DNA of 64,000 nt, from the NCBI GenBank assembly GCA_963823335.1, contig CAWGLD010000005.1, positions 96,001 to 160,000 on the forward strand, in the 5' to 3' direction. Position numbers and translations under genes: made by a program. Below the pieces are notes generated by a model that saw nothing but the letters and a program-made list of their open reading frames with translations, was not told the origin of the DNA and searched no databases. This stretch comes from an uncultured delta proteobacterium. GTDB lineage: Bacteria > Desulfobacterota > Desulfobacteria > Desulfobacterales > B30-G6. Shown in pieces: positions 41,196 to 50,174 of this stretch. How positions within the stretch are numbered: the first letter of the stretch is position 1; every line of letters starts with the position of its first letter.

Positions 41196-43175
41196 ATGAA
41201 AGACAACAACCCTAAGAAGTCAAACCCTACGACAGTCAAAGATGTAGCGGATATCACCATCTGTGATTCCACCGCGCAGATGATTATCAAGGCTCGAAAT
41301 GACGGTGTTGAAACCGCTTTTGACCGGGCCGCCAACATGAAACCATGTCCCATTGGCGCCAAATCGGCCTGCTGTAAGCACTGTGCCATGGGGCCCTGCA
41401 GAATAAATGCCAATGACCCCTATGCCAAGGTGGGCATCTGTGGTGCCACCATCGACACCATACAATCCCGTAATCTGGCGCGGATGGTTGCCTGTGGAAC
41501 GGCCGCCCATGTGAGTCACGGGCGGAACATGTTAAATCTTTTCAGAGGGGTGGCAACGGGTGATATCACAGATTTCAAGATCAAAAACACCCTTAAACTG
41601 GAGACGTTTGCACAGGTTCTGAATATTGAGACAGCAGATCGGTCTGTGAAGGAAATTGCACTCGATCTTTGTGATGAACTCGAAAAAATATTTATTCAGA
41701 CCGATGGAGAAATGGCGTTGGTCAACCTGGTACCGGAAAAAACTCTTGAAGCCTGGCGGAAGCTGGATATCGTGCCACGTGGTGCCATGCTGGAAGTTAT
41801 GGAGCTCCTCCAGCGAACCCATGCCGGTATGGATCAGCACTACGAGAATCTGACCAAGCAGATAAGTCGTACGGCGCTGGTGGATGGCTGGGGAGGGTCC
41901 ATGGTTGCCACGGAACTATCGGATATCCTTTTCGGAACACCTTCACCGGTCGCCGCTGAGGTCGATATGGGATGCCTCAAGGAGGATGCGGTCAACATCA
42001 TTATCCACGGCCACGAACCCTATCTGGTGGAATCCATGGTGGCATCGGTGAACGACCCTTCTCTGATCAAAATCGCCAAAGAATACGGGGCCAATGGCAT
42101 CAACCTGGTGGGAATGTGCTGTTCGGGACTGGAAATGCTTTCCCGTCACGGTATTCCCCATGCCGGGAATTTTATGTCCACCGAGGCTGTGCTGGTTACC
42201 GGAGCTGTGGATGCCTTTGGTGTTGATGTACAGTGTATCCAGCAGTCCCTCGTAAGTGTCGGAAAGTGTTATGGCACACAAATATTTACGACGAATCAAA
42301 GCTGTCGGATCGAAGGAGCAGAACACATCGAATTTAATGAACATGATGCCAGGAGCTGCACCGACGCCATCGTGGAAAAAGCGATTGTTCGTTTTAAAAA
42401 CCGCAGTGCCAAGGTAGTAATCCCTAAAAACACGTCGGTCGGCATCCACGGATTTTCACATGAATACATCAACTACATGCTGGGCGGCTCCTTCAGGGGC
42501 AGCTACAGGCCCTTGAATGACAACATCATCAACGGCCGGATCAGAGGCGTTGCGGGTGTCGTTGGTTGTGTCAACCCAAGGATAAAACAAGACTGGGTAC
42601 ATGTGGAGCTGGTCAAGGAGTTGATCAAAAATGACGTGCTGGTGGTTCAGACCGGCTGTTCCCAGATTGCCCTGGCAAAAGCAGGCTTGTGCACGCCCGA
42701 GGCGGCACACTTTGCCGGGTCGGGGTTGAGGGAGGTCTGTGAAGCAGTCGGTATGCCGCCGGTACTGGGACTCGGGGCCTGTGTTGATAACAGCCGTATC
42801 CTGATCGCCTGTGCGGCAATGGTTCGTGAAGGCGGTCTCGGCGACGCCATTTCCGAATTGCCGGTGGCAGGTGCTGCACCGGAATGGTACAGCGAAAAGG
42901 CCATCGCCATCGGACAGTATTTTGTTGCTTCGGGTGTCTACACTGTCTTTGGTGTCACCTTCCCCATTGTGGAGGAAACCAAATTTCACCATCTCCTGTT
43001 TGACGCCATGGAGACACAGGGTCTCGGTAAATGGGGTTTTACCCAGGATCCCTATGAGATGGCCCGCATGATGATCGCCCACATCGATAAAAAGCGCCAG
43101 GCGCTTGGGATCGACAAGGCCAGGGAACGAACTCTGGTGGATATGGCCGACAGAAGAGAACTGGCGGCGGTATAA
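41196..43175 (+). CDS. cooS: anaerobic Ni-Fe carbon monoxide dehydrogenase catalytic subunit
   Basis: D/B-cluster C-X7-CCxxCxxGPC..CG; C-cluster ligands HGHEP, GMCC, DVQC, GCVNP, TGCS, GACVD; HVSH and SEKA. Confidence 0.93.
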   Translation: MKDNNPKKSNPTTVKDVADITICDSTAQMIIKARNDGVETAFDRAANMKPCPIGAKSACCKHCAMGPCRINANDPYAKVGICGATIDTIQSRNLARMVACGTAAHVSHGRNMLNLFRGVATGDITDFKIKNTLKLETFAQVLNIETADRSVKEIALDLCDELEKIFIQTDGEMALVNLVPEKTLEAWRKLDIVPRGAMLEVMELLQRTHAGMDQHYENLTKQISRTALVDGWGGSMVATELSDILFGTPSPVAAEVDMGCLKEDAVNIIIHGHEPYLVESMVASVNDPSLIKIAKEYGANGINLVGMCCSGLEMLSRHGIPHAGNFMSTEAVLVTGAVDAFGVDVQCIQQSLVSVGKCYGTQIFTTNQSCRIEGAEHIEFNEHDARSCTDAIVEKAIVRFKNRSAKVVIPKNTSVGIHGFSHEYINYMLGGSFRGSYRPLNDNIINGRIRGVAGVVGCVNPRIKQDWVHVELVKELIKNDVLVVQTGCSQIALAKAGLCTPEAAHFAGSGLREVCEAVGMPPVLGLGACVDNSRILIACAAMVREGGLGDAISELPVAGAAPEWYSEKAIAIGQYFVASGVYTVFGVTFPIVEETKFHHLLFDAMETQGLGKWGFTQDPYEMARMMIAHIDKKRQALGIDKARERTLVDMADRRELAAV

Positions 43176-43188
43176 GGGGAAACAGAGT

Positions 43189-43395
43189 ATGGAAACCTTA
43201 GATCACTATCTGAACAGGGGGATCAAAGAAATCATCGACGGCCATCCGCAAGTCAAGGAGATCCTGAATGAATATGGTATCGGGTGTGGTGCCTGTGATG
43301 TCGGTACGTGTCTGTTGAAGGACATCCTGTCTCTGCACCCCATATCCAAAGAACAGGAACAAACGTTGATGAAAAGGATTGCAGCGGTGTTATAA
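43189..43395 (+). CDS. small CxxC protein (DUF1858 / Hcp-associated redox-disulfide-like domain)
   Basis: 68 aa: IKEII..HPQV..IL..YGIGCGAC..GTC.LKDI. Confidence 0.6.
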   Translation: METLDHYLNRGIKEIIDGHPQVKEILNEYGIGCGACDVGTCLLKDILSLHPISKEQEQTLMKRIAAVL

Positions 43396-43458
43396 GTACT
43401 GGTTTTTTCGCGGTGTCTTTGTACGTAAACAGATCACAATTTTTTCAGGAGAATTAAA

Positions 43459-43932
43459 ATGAACCAATTTCACGCTTGTCCGGGCAGCCGGATGATGGCA
43501 TTCAACAAAGAAAAGGAAAGTACGCCCGAATCAACCGTGGGGGCATTTCAGTCCCAGTTGCGGCAATGGCCGATTCAATTACATTTGATATCACCGGAGT
43601 CACCCTACTACCAGGACGCGGATGTGGTTTTGACGGCCGACTGCGTAGCATACGCCCTGGGGGATTATCATCGCGAGTACCTCAAAGGGCGGTCACTCGC
43701 CATTGCCTGCCCCAAGCTTGACACGGGTCAGGAAATCTATAGAGAGAAAATAACGTCCTGGGTCGATGATGCCAAAATAACGTCCTTGAACGTGATGATA
43801 ATGCAGGTGCCCTGCTGCACGGGATTGCTCAACCTGGCCAAGCAGGCTTTGCAGAAAGCGGAACGAAAGATACCGCTATCTTATACGGTTGTGGGCGTTC
43901 AGGGCGAAATACTGGAGCAGCAAATTGTTTGA
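43459..43932 (+). CDS. Cys-rich domain of the Hcp-associated Fe-S protein family, lacking the N-terminal ferredoxin domain
   Basis: CPGSR, SQLRQWPIQLHL, ADC, IACPKLD, MQVPCC. Confidence 0.7.
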   Translation: MNQFHACPGSRMMAFNKEKESTPESTVGAFQSQLRQWPIQLHLISPESPYYQDADVVLTADCVAYALGDYHREYLKGRSLAIACPKLDTGQEIYREKITSWVDDAKITSLNVMIMQVPCCTGLLNLAKQALQKAERKIPLSYTVVGVQGEILEQQIV

Positions 43933-43952
43933 TGAAATCTCTTGGACACGCA

Positions 43953-43974
43953 GGACAAAATAATGTAAATATCA
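43953..43974 (+). promoter_or_regulatory. candidate Rrf2 operator 1
   Basis: GGACA-AAATA-ATG-TAAA-TATCA, same layout as the sites before norB and rrf2. Confidence 0.45.
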
Positions 43975-44095
43975 TTCCATAACCGTAAAGCGGTAAAGGG
44001 TCAGGAGACGGCAGGTCTCCGAGTGTTTAAGTCCGGAACTGCCTTCTGGCACGCGGTTTATAGAACAATCAATTCCTTCATGGACAGGAGATGGT

Positions 44096-45052
44096 ATGGA
44101 CAAAAAACGATGGGACGACATACTTGTAAACGATCACGAAATGATTGAACGAGCGATGGATGTATTGAAAAATGAGCTCGGGAAACTGCCGCATAAATCT
44201 CCCGACCTGTTTTCATTGAAACGTACCATTGATTTCCTGCTGGAGTTTGGAGACCGGATTCACAACAAAAAAGAAGAGAACTGGCTGTTTCCCCTGCTGA
44301 TCAAAAGCGGTATCCCCGAAGATGGCCCCATACGGGTCATGGTAGGAGAGCACGCGTACGAAAGATCGCTTCTGGACCAGATGGCCGGGGACATTGACAG
44401 TCTCAGCGGCATGACCCCGGGGGCAAAAGACGATTTCAAAAACAAAGGCATGGAATATCTGGAAGTCCGCGCCAATCATATCTGGAAGGAAAACGATGTC
44501 CTGTATGCCATGGGCAGAAAGGCTTTTTCCGAGGCTGACAACACCTATCTTGTCAAGGCTTTTGACGATTTCAGCGCCAGTGTCTACGGAAATGACTTCG
44601 CGCAAAAAATATCGGCAATGCTTCATGAACTCGAGGGCGGGAAAGCTGCTAGAACCAGCCTTTTGACCAACCTGACGTATGAACAGATCGACGCTATCAT
44701 GGAGACCCTCCCTTTTGAAGTCACCTTTGTTGATGCGGAAGATTCAGTGGCCTATTTCAACCGCCTGGACAAGGAAAAGATATTTGTCCGCAGTCGTTCG
44801 GTAATCGGCCGAAAAGTCACCAAGTGTCATCCGGGCAAGAGCATCGACAAGGTTGAGCAGATCGTCAGCGGGTTCAAGAGCGGCGAACTGGACAAAGCGG
44901 AGTTCTGGATCGCCTTGGGCGGGCAAATGGTGTACATCCGTTATTTTCCGGTAAGGGATGATCAGGGGAACTATCTAGGGGTTCTGGAAGTGACCCAGGA
45001 GATCAGCGAAATACAGAAACTGACCGGTGAGAAGCGGTTGCTTGATTCGTAA
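44096..45052 (+). CDS. hemerythrin plus PAS domain protein (DUF438-like)
   Basis: HEMI, HNKKEE..LFP, EH, HIWKEN.VLY; PAS part LPFEVTFVD, CHP, YLGVLEVTQ. Confidence 0.85.
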   Translation: MDKKRWDDILVNDHEMIERAMDVLKNELGKLPHKSPDLFSLKRTIDFLLEFGDRIHNKKEENWLFPLLIKSGIPEDGPIRVMVGEHAYERSLLDQMAGDIDSLSGMTPGAKDDFKNKGMEYLEVRANHIWKENDVLYAMGRKAFSEADNTYLVKAFDDFSASVYGNDFAQKISAMLHELEGGKAARTSLLTNLTYEQIDAIMETLPFEVTFVDAEDSVAYFNRLDKEKIFVRSRSVIGRKVTKCHPGKSIDKVEQIVSGFKSGELDKAEFWIALGGQMVYIRYFPVRDDQGNYLGVLEVTQEISEIQKLTGEKRLLDS

Positions 45053-45071
45053 GTATTCGTAAGCCAATCAG

Positions 45072-45120
45072 AAAAAAGAAAGGGAAACCAACCTGAAGTT
45101 GGCTTCCCTTTTGTCTTTTT
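45072..45120. terminator. bidirectional terminator
   Basis: AAAGGGAAACCAAC-ctgaa-GTTGGCTTCCCTTT with A/T tails between convergent genes. Confidence 0.7.
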
Positions 45121-45265
45121 ATACCGCTTGTCATAATAATGTTCCGAAAATAGGATGGCGGCATAAGGGGTTGTAGCAGAAAAAAGGTCCTCAATCGGAA
45201 CGTTTTTCTGACAACCCCTATAAGCGACAACGTCGCGTTTCATAAAATCGTCACCACGATTTTAT

Positions 45266-47539
45266 TTACAGTTCAATTCCAAGTTTTTCCCAGACCGACT
45301 CACCGTCTTTGATTTCAGTGGCTTTCAAATGCGGATAAGTGGTGATCAGAAAGTATGCCAGGGGCAGAACGCCCAGTACAATGATAATGGTATCTGGTAA
45401 CGCGCGAAATGTCCCCAGAATAACCACGGCATCCCGTTCAAAGAAGTCGGCACTCCTGGCGACCCACAATCCTTCCTTAAATGCCGTCCAAGTCTGCATG
45501 GCCCCCACCGGTAACAAGGTGAAAAAAGCCATCAGGAACAGACCCCCGTTGAGACCCCAGAAAGAAAGTTTGAGGATGCCATCCTTCCAGTAAGCTTTGT
45601 CCACCAGACCGCGCCAGGAAAAGAGCAGCAAGGCAACGGACAGCATGCCATACGTGCCGAACATGGCGGTGTGACCATGGTGCATGGTCAGATAGGTGCC
45701 GTGTTCATAGAAATTGATGATGGGCAGATTGATCAGGAACCCAAAGATACCTGCGCCTAAAAAATTCCAGAAGGAGGCGGCCACCAGAAAATACATGGGC
45801 CATTTGTAACTGAACGTTCGGCCTGCTTTCTGAATTTCGTTGAACTCCTTCAATCCACGCACCACCAGTGTTATGAGCGGCACCGGTTCCATGCTGGAGA
45901 AGATAGCCCCCCATCCGATCCAATACGCAGCCCCGCCATACCAGTAATAATGGTGCGCTGTCCCGATAATGCCGCTGATAAAGGTGATGGCCGCTGTAAA
46001 ATAGGCCACCCTGAGAGCCGACTTGGCTGTCGCCAGTCCCATGGCAACCATGAGAAGTGCGATGACGGCGATACCGAAAAACTCAAAAATGCTCTCCACC
46101 CAGAGGTGAACCACAAACCAGCGCCAGTAGTCTGCCATGGTAAGATGAGAACCCTTGCCGTAAAACAGGCCGAAACCGTAAAAGGCCACTACGAGAACGG
46201 CACTGAAGACATAGAACCATATCAAAGCGCTGAATTCATCTTTGTGCTTGCTCAAGTGTCCGCCGACTGCCCGATATACCACCAGCAGCCAGAAAATCAG
46301 TCCCACAAAGAGCAGAATCTGCCAGACACGTCCCAGTTCGAGAAATTCCCAGCCCTGATGACCAAACCAGAACCAAAGATCACCCAGGAATCCCTTGATT
46401 CCAAGCGCTTCACCGGCGAGACTGCCCACGGCAACGAGGAGGACCGCCCCGAAAAGCAGCTGAACCAGAAGGCCTTGCTTGACGGGTTCTTTGCCGCCGA
46501 TGATGGGTGCCAGGTAAATGGCAGAGGCCAGCCAGGTGGTGGCGATCCAGAAAACCATCAACTGCAGATGCCATGTTTTGGCCAGACTGTAGGGTATGAG
46601 CTTGGCCACAAAGGGCAGAAAAAAGGTGCCCGGATGGATGGTGTAGTGGGCCAGCAATCCACCGAAGGTCGTCTGCAGCAGAAACAGCAGAATCACCACC
46701 ACAAAAAACTTGGCCGCCTTGAATTGACTGGGGGTCAGGGGCATGTCCACTAGTTTTTCAGAAAGTGCCACCCCCTTGGGCGCTCCATACCATAATCCAT
46801 AGCGATGAATCCAGAAGACAAAAAGGCCCAGGACCACCAGCAGTGCCAGGATACCGGCGATGGAATAGAAGTAGGTCTCGGTACTGGCGACATTCCCAAC
46901 GCGTTTGTCCGCAGGCCAGTTGTTGGTGTAGGAAAAATCGGTTCCGGGACGAAGCGTCGAGGCGACCCAGGCAGACCAGAAGAAAAACCGCCCAACCTGC
47001 AGGCGCTGTTCTTCTTCGGGAATGGTGTTTGGTAAAAAGCCGTAGCGTTGCTCCCCTTTCTCGAAGGTGCTGCCCCAGTGCTGCACAACCCTTTCCAGTC
47101 CCTTGGTCTGAGCAGCGGTCAAGGTAAGCGTGTCCGTGGCCGGATCATAGCGGTTGGGTTTGATCTCATGGGTTGTTTTGACATCGATAAGACCTTTTTG
47201 GAGGTCGTCGAGGTCCTGGTACATTTTTCCGTAGTCATTTAAAGCCAGGGTGTCGCCGATAGCCTCAGCCAGAATGTGCAGGCTGGTGGCGGAAAATTCC
47301 GGCCCCCGTTGGGACCCGTGCCCCCAGACAGCGCCATGATCCATCAAACCATAGCGCTGGTAGACATCCTGTCCGGCAAGGATATCCGTTTTTAGCATCA
47401 GCAGCTTGCCGTTATTGTCGACTACTTTGCCCGGGTAGGGCGGCAGGTCTTTTTTCATGACAATACCGCCACCCAGCAAAACTCCCATGGCGACGATGAA
47501 ACAGAGAATGGCTGCCCACTTGAGTGTGTTGAGAGACAT
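45266..47539 (-). CDS. norB: quinol-dependent nitric oxide reductase (qNor)
   Basis: 757-aa single subunit; G.VWGHG, WRWFVVHLWVE..FE.F, GTAHHYYW, HGH.A.FG. Confidence 0.92.
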   Translation of the reverse strand: MSLNTLKWAAILCFIVAMGVLLGGGIVMKKDLPPYPGKVVDNNGKLLMLKTDILAGQDVYQRYGLMDHGAVWGHGSQRGPEFSATSLHILAEAIGDTLALNDYGKMYQDLDDLQKGLIDVKTTHEIKPNRYDPATDTLTLTAAQTKGLERVVQHWGSTFEKGEQRYGFLPNTIPEEEQRLQVGRFFFWSAWVASTLRPGTDFSYTNNWPADKRVGNVASTETYFYSIAGILALLVVLGLFVFWIHRYGLWYGAPKGVALSEKLVDMPLTPSQFKAAKFFVVVILLFLLQTTFGGLLAHYTIHPGTFFLPFVAKLIPYSLAKTWHLQLMVFWIATTWLASAIYLAPIIGGKEPVKQGLLVQLLFGAVLLVAVGSLAGEALGIKGFLGDLWFWFGHQGWEFLELGRVWQILLFVGLIFWLLVVYRAVGGHLSKHKDEFSALIWFYVFSAVLVVAFYGFGLFYGKGSHLTMADYWRWFVVHLWVESIFEFFGIAVIALLMVAMGLATAKSALRVAYFTAAITFISGIIGTAHHYYWYGGAAYWIGWGAIFSSMEPVPLITLVVRGLKEFNEIQKAGRTFSYKWPMYFLVAASFWNFLGAGIFGFLINLPIINFYEHGTYLTMHHGHTAMFGTYGMLSVALLLFSWRGLVDKAYWKDGILKLSFWGLNGGLFLMAFFTLLPVGAMQTWTAFKEGLWVARSADFFERDAVVILGTFRALPDTIIIVLGVLPLAYFLITTYPHLKATEIKDGESVWEKLGIEL

Positions 47540-47558
47540 TTTGCACCTCCTTTAATAA

Positions 47559-47580
47559 AGATAAGTTCATCAAGATATCT
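47559..47580 (-). promoter_or_regulatory. candidate Rrf2 operator 2
   Basis: Sense strand AGATA-TCTTG-ATG-AACT-TATCT, just upstream of the norB RBS. Confidence 0.5.
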
Positions 47581-47636
47581 ACAATTTCCATATAGAGAAA
47601 ATAATTTCCCTGTTGGCTATTTTTCAATGAGGCAAC

Positions 47637-48023
47637 TTACAATATCTGATCAATGGTTGTATCGTGCAGAATTTTCTCAAATTGTTCGGAAACGATTCGC
47701 CAGCGCAAATGGAGTCCGCACTTTCCATCGCAGGTGTGCATGCCCAGTAAGCATTTTTTAAAATCATCGACCTTCATGAAGAGATTGACAATGTCAAAAA
47801 GAAGGATTTCAGACGCAGGATGGGATAGTTTTACTCCGCCACCCCTGCCGCGGACTGCTTCGATGATACCTGCCTGAGACAGGCGATTGAGAATTTTAGA
47901 AAGAAAATTGTGGGGAATATCCATTTCCTGTGAAATAAGGGCGGACTGGACAGGTTTGCCGGTGTTGTGGGCGGCTAAAAACCCCATGGCACGCAGCGCA
48001 TAGATGGCGGTTTGATTCAACAT
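47637..48023 (-). CDS. Rrf2-family Fe-S transcriptional regulator
   Basis: YALRA, FLSKIL..L..AG, RG.GGG, C-X6-C-X3-C-X2-H. Confidence 0.9.
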   Translation of the reverse strand: MLNQTAIYALRAMGFLAAHNTGKPVQSALISQEMDIPHNFLSKILNRLSQAGIIEAVRGRGGGVKLSHPASEILLFDIVNLFMKVDDFKKCLLGMHTCDGKCGLHLRWRIVSEQFEKILHDTTIDQIL

Positions 48024-48076
48024 ACGGTCCTCTTTCCCCATTTGATCTTCATTCGATGATGGTACCCAATTAATTA

Positions 48077-48098
48077 AGATAACCGCATGAGCTTGTCA
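48077..48098 (-). promoter_or_regulatory. candidate Rrf2 operator 3, overlapping a TTGACA -35 element
   Basis: Sense strand TGACA-AGCTC-ATG-CGGT-TATCT. Confidence 0.5.
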
Positions 48099-48143
48099 AC
48101 AAAAAAATAACGGTCACCAGAGGGACGGGACAAAAAAGGCAGT

Positions 48144-49205
48144 TTAGGTAAGCATGATCTTTCCGGCAGGTTCGGAAAGCACTTCGCCGATAATGGCGGC
48201 GTCTTCTATACCGGCGCTCTTTAAGCTATGCAGAAGATCTTCGGCCTTGTCATTGCCGACACCCATGAGCAGACCACCCGAGGTCTGCGGGTCGAAAAGA
48301 ATGTCGACTAGCACGCTATCCATGTGCGGGGCAAGAATTAACAGGGACGATCGAAAGGCTTTGTTTTTGAATGCGCCGCCGGGGATGAAGCCGCTCCTGG
48401 CATACTGAATGGCTTCGGGAATAATGGGGATGGCTTTTGATTCAAGACGGATACCGATGGATGGGCTGGACAGCATCTCCGCGAGGTGCCCTATAAGACC
48501 GAATCCGGTGATGTCGGTGCAGGCGCTCACCGGGTATGTCTTCATCACTTTGGCGGCGTCACGGTTCAATGTCGCCATGAGACGGCTGATGGATCCGATG
48601 ATTTCCTGGGAAGCGATGCCTCCTTTGATGGCCGTGTTGATGATACCTGTGCCGATGGGTTTGGTGAGGATCAGCTGATCCCCCGGCTGTAGACCCGTGT
48701 TTTGCACAATATGGTCCGGATGAACAAAACCGGTCACCGAGAGACCGTATTTCAACTCTTTGTCTTGAACGCTGTGGCCGCCGAGCAGAACAACACCGGC
48801 TTCCTTGATTTTTTCCAGCCCGCCTTCCAGAATGGCACGCAGGATGCTGATATCCATTTGATCGGAAGGAAAAGCCACCAGGTTCATGGCGGTTTTGGGT
48901 TCGCCGCCCATGGCATAGACATCGCTCAATGCATTTGCAGCGGCTATCTGGCCGAACCAGAAGGGATCGTCCACAATGGGTGTAAAGAAGTCCACCGTCT
49001 GAATGATAGCCAGATCATCCGATATCCGGTAAACACCGGCATCGTCAGCCCCATCGAGGCCTACCAGTACATTGGGGTCCTGCGGTAGTTTAAGACCACA
49101 GAGTGCTTTGTCCAGGTCCCCTGGAGCCAGTTTAGAGGCTCAGCCTGCACCGGAAACGGTCTGGGTCAAACGGACCGGGCCTTTGCCGCTCTGGATGGTT
49201 TTCAT
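48144..49205 (-). CDS. selD: selenide,water dikinase, selenocysteine-containing (UGA at 49140-49142, codon 22)
   Basis: MKTIQSGKGPVRLTQTVSGAG-U-ASKL in frame with DDAGVY, DFFTPIVDDP, TDITGFGL and DPQTSGGLL; 353 aa. Confidence 0.93.
49111..49125 (-). promoter_or_regulatory. candidate bacterial SECIS hairpin
   Basis: TCCAGG-GGA-CCTGGA starting 15 nt after the UGA; G in the apical loop. Confidence 0.65.
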
Positions 49206-49299
49206 TTTACCTGGTTTCATCGGTTGGATCATTGTGGCTCTCCTGGATGATGTTTTTCCTTAATATAATCAATAAGTGCGATGTTTCAAGACCTAAACG

Positions 49300-49352
49300 A
49301 TTGAAGAACCCCGCAGCAAGTTACGGGGTTAGCGCTCGCTTTTTCGGTTCAA
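49300..49352 (-). repeat. dispersed repeat family A, short copy, inverted
   Basis: ATTGAAGAACCCCGCAGCAAGTTACGGGG...CGCTCGCTTTTTCGGTTCAA. Confidence 0.75.
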
Positions 49353-49444
49353 AAAAACATCGGTTCGTTGGGTTTTTTGAGTTGCTTTAGTCTTAGATTT
49401 TAAGCGGCTTATCGCTTAAAGTTCAACTCACAGGTCAGGGCTTA

Positions 49445-49484
49445 CCCTCCAAACCTACACCCCTCAACCCCTGCTTTGCCCCTC
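49445..49484 (-). repeat. GGG-tract repeat (family B), degenerate
   Basis: CCCTCCAAACCTACACCCCTCAACCCC...CCCC just after the ybaK stop. Confidence 0.55.
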
Positions 49485-49491
49485 AGTTTGT

Positions 49492-49953
49492 TTATTTCCC
49501 TATCTCTGCTACGGTACACTTCAGCGCGGCCAGAATATCACCGGGTGACATTTTGAGCATCACACCTCTGCGGCCCCCATTGACCACCACTGTCTGATAA
49601 TTCATAATGGGGCTGTCTATAACGAATTCCATCGGGTGTTTCAACCCAAAAGGGCTGATACCACCCACCAAATAGCCGGTCAAGCGCTCGGCAAGGGTGG
49701 GGCTCGCCATGGATGCGTGTTTGATGTCAAAAAAACGGGCCAGTTTTTTTAAGTCCAGCTGCGTGTTGCCCGGCAGCAAGGCTGCGACATAGCGTTGCCC
49801 ACCCAGATCTGTGATAAGGGTTTTAACGATTCTTTCAAGAGGGAAGCCAATGGCCTGAGCTGCAAATTCAGCCCCTTTTTCTTTGTGGGTGTAGGTAATC
49901 ACCTCAAAGGAAATCTGCGCTTTTTTTAATGCCTGGATGGCTCTTGTGGGCAT
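49492..49953 (-). CDS. ybaK: Cys-tRNA(Pro) deacylase
   Basis: KTL, ERLTGYLVGGISPFG, NGGRRG. Confidence 0.88.
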   Translation of the reverse strand: MPTRAIQALKKAQISFEVITYTHKEKGAEFAAQAIGFPLERIVKTLITDLGGQRYVAALLPGNTQLDLKKLARFFDIKHASMASPTLAERLTGYLVGGISPFGLKHPMEFVIDSPIMNYQTVVVNGGRRGVMLKMSPGDILAALKCTVAEIGK

Positions 49954-50174
49954 GATCTGTCCTATCGGACGTTATTTATCCTTTGGATGTCATTTGCACT
50001 TCGTGCGACATTAGCGCTATGCGCGTCATTTATTGTTGTATCGCCATCCCACATGATATACAGGATAACGTTCTTAATGACAACAACATGACATCCAAAG
50101 GTTTCCTGACGCATCAGGTGCAAAGGGAGCGAGGGATGTCAAAAACGCACTCAGGGCCGAATATGGAGGAGAAC

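Noticed and set aside
44047-44062. sigma54 promoter (TGGCAC) before the hemerythrin-PAS gene
   Set aside because: Lacks the conserved GC at -12
45950-46753. 267-aa ORF antisense to qnor, and similar shadows over dctP, cooS and dnaK
   Set aside because: Codon-bias shadow ORFs opposite well-supported genes
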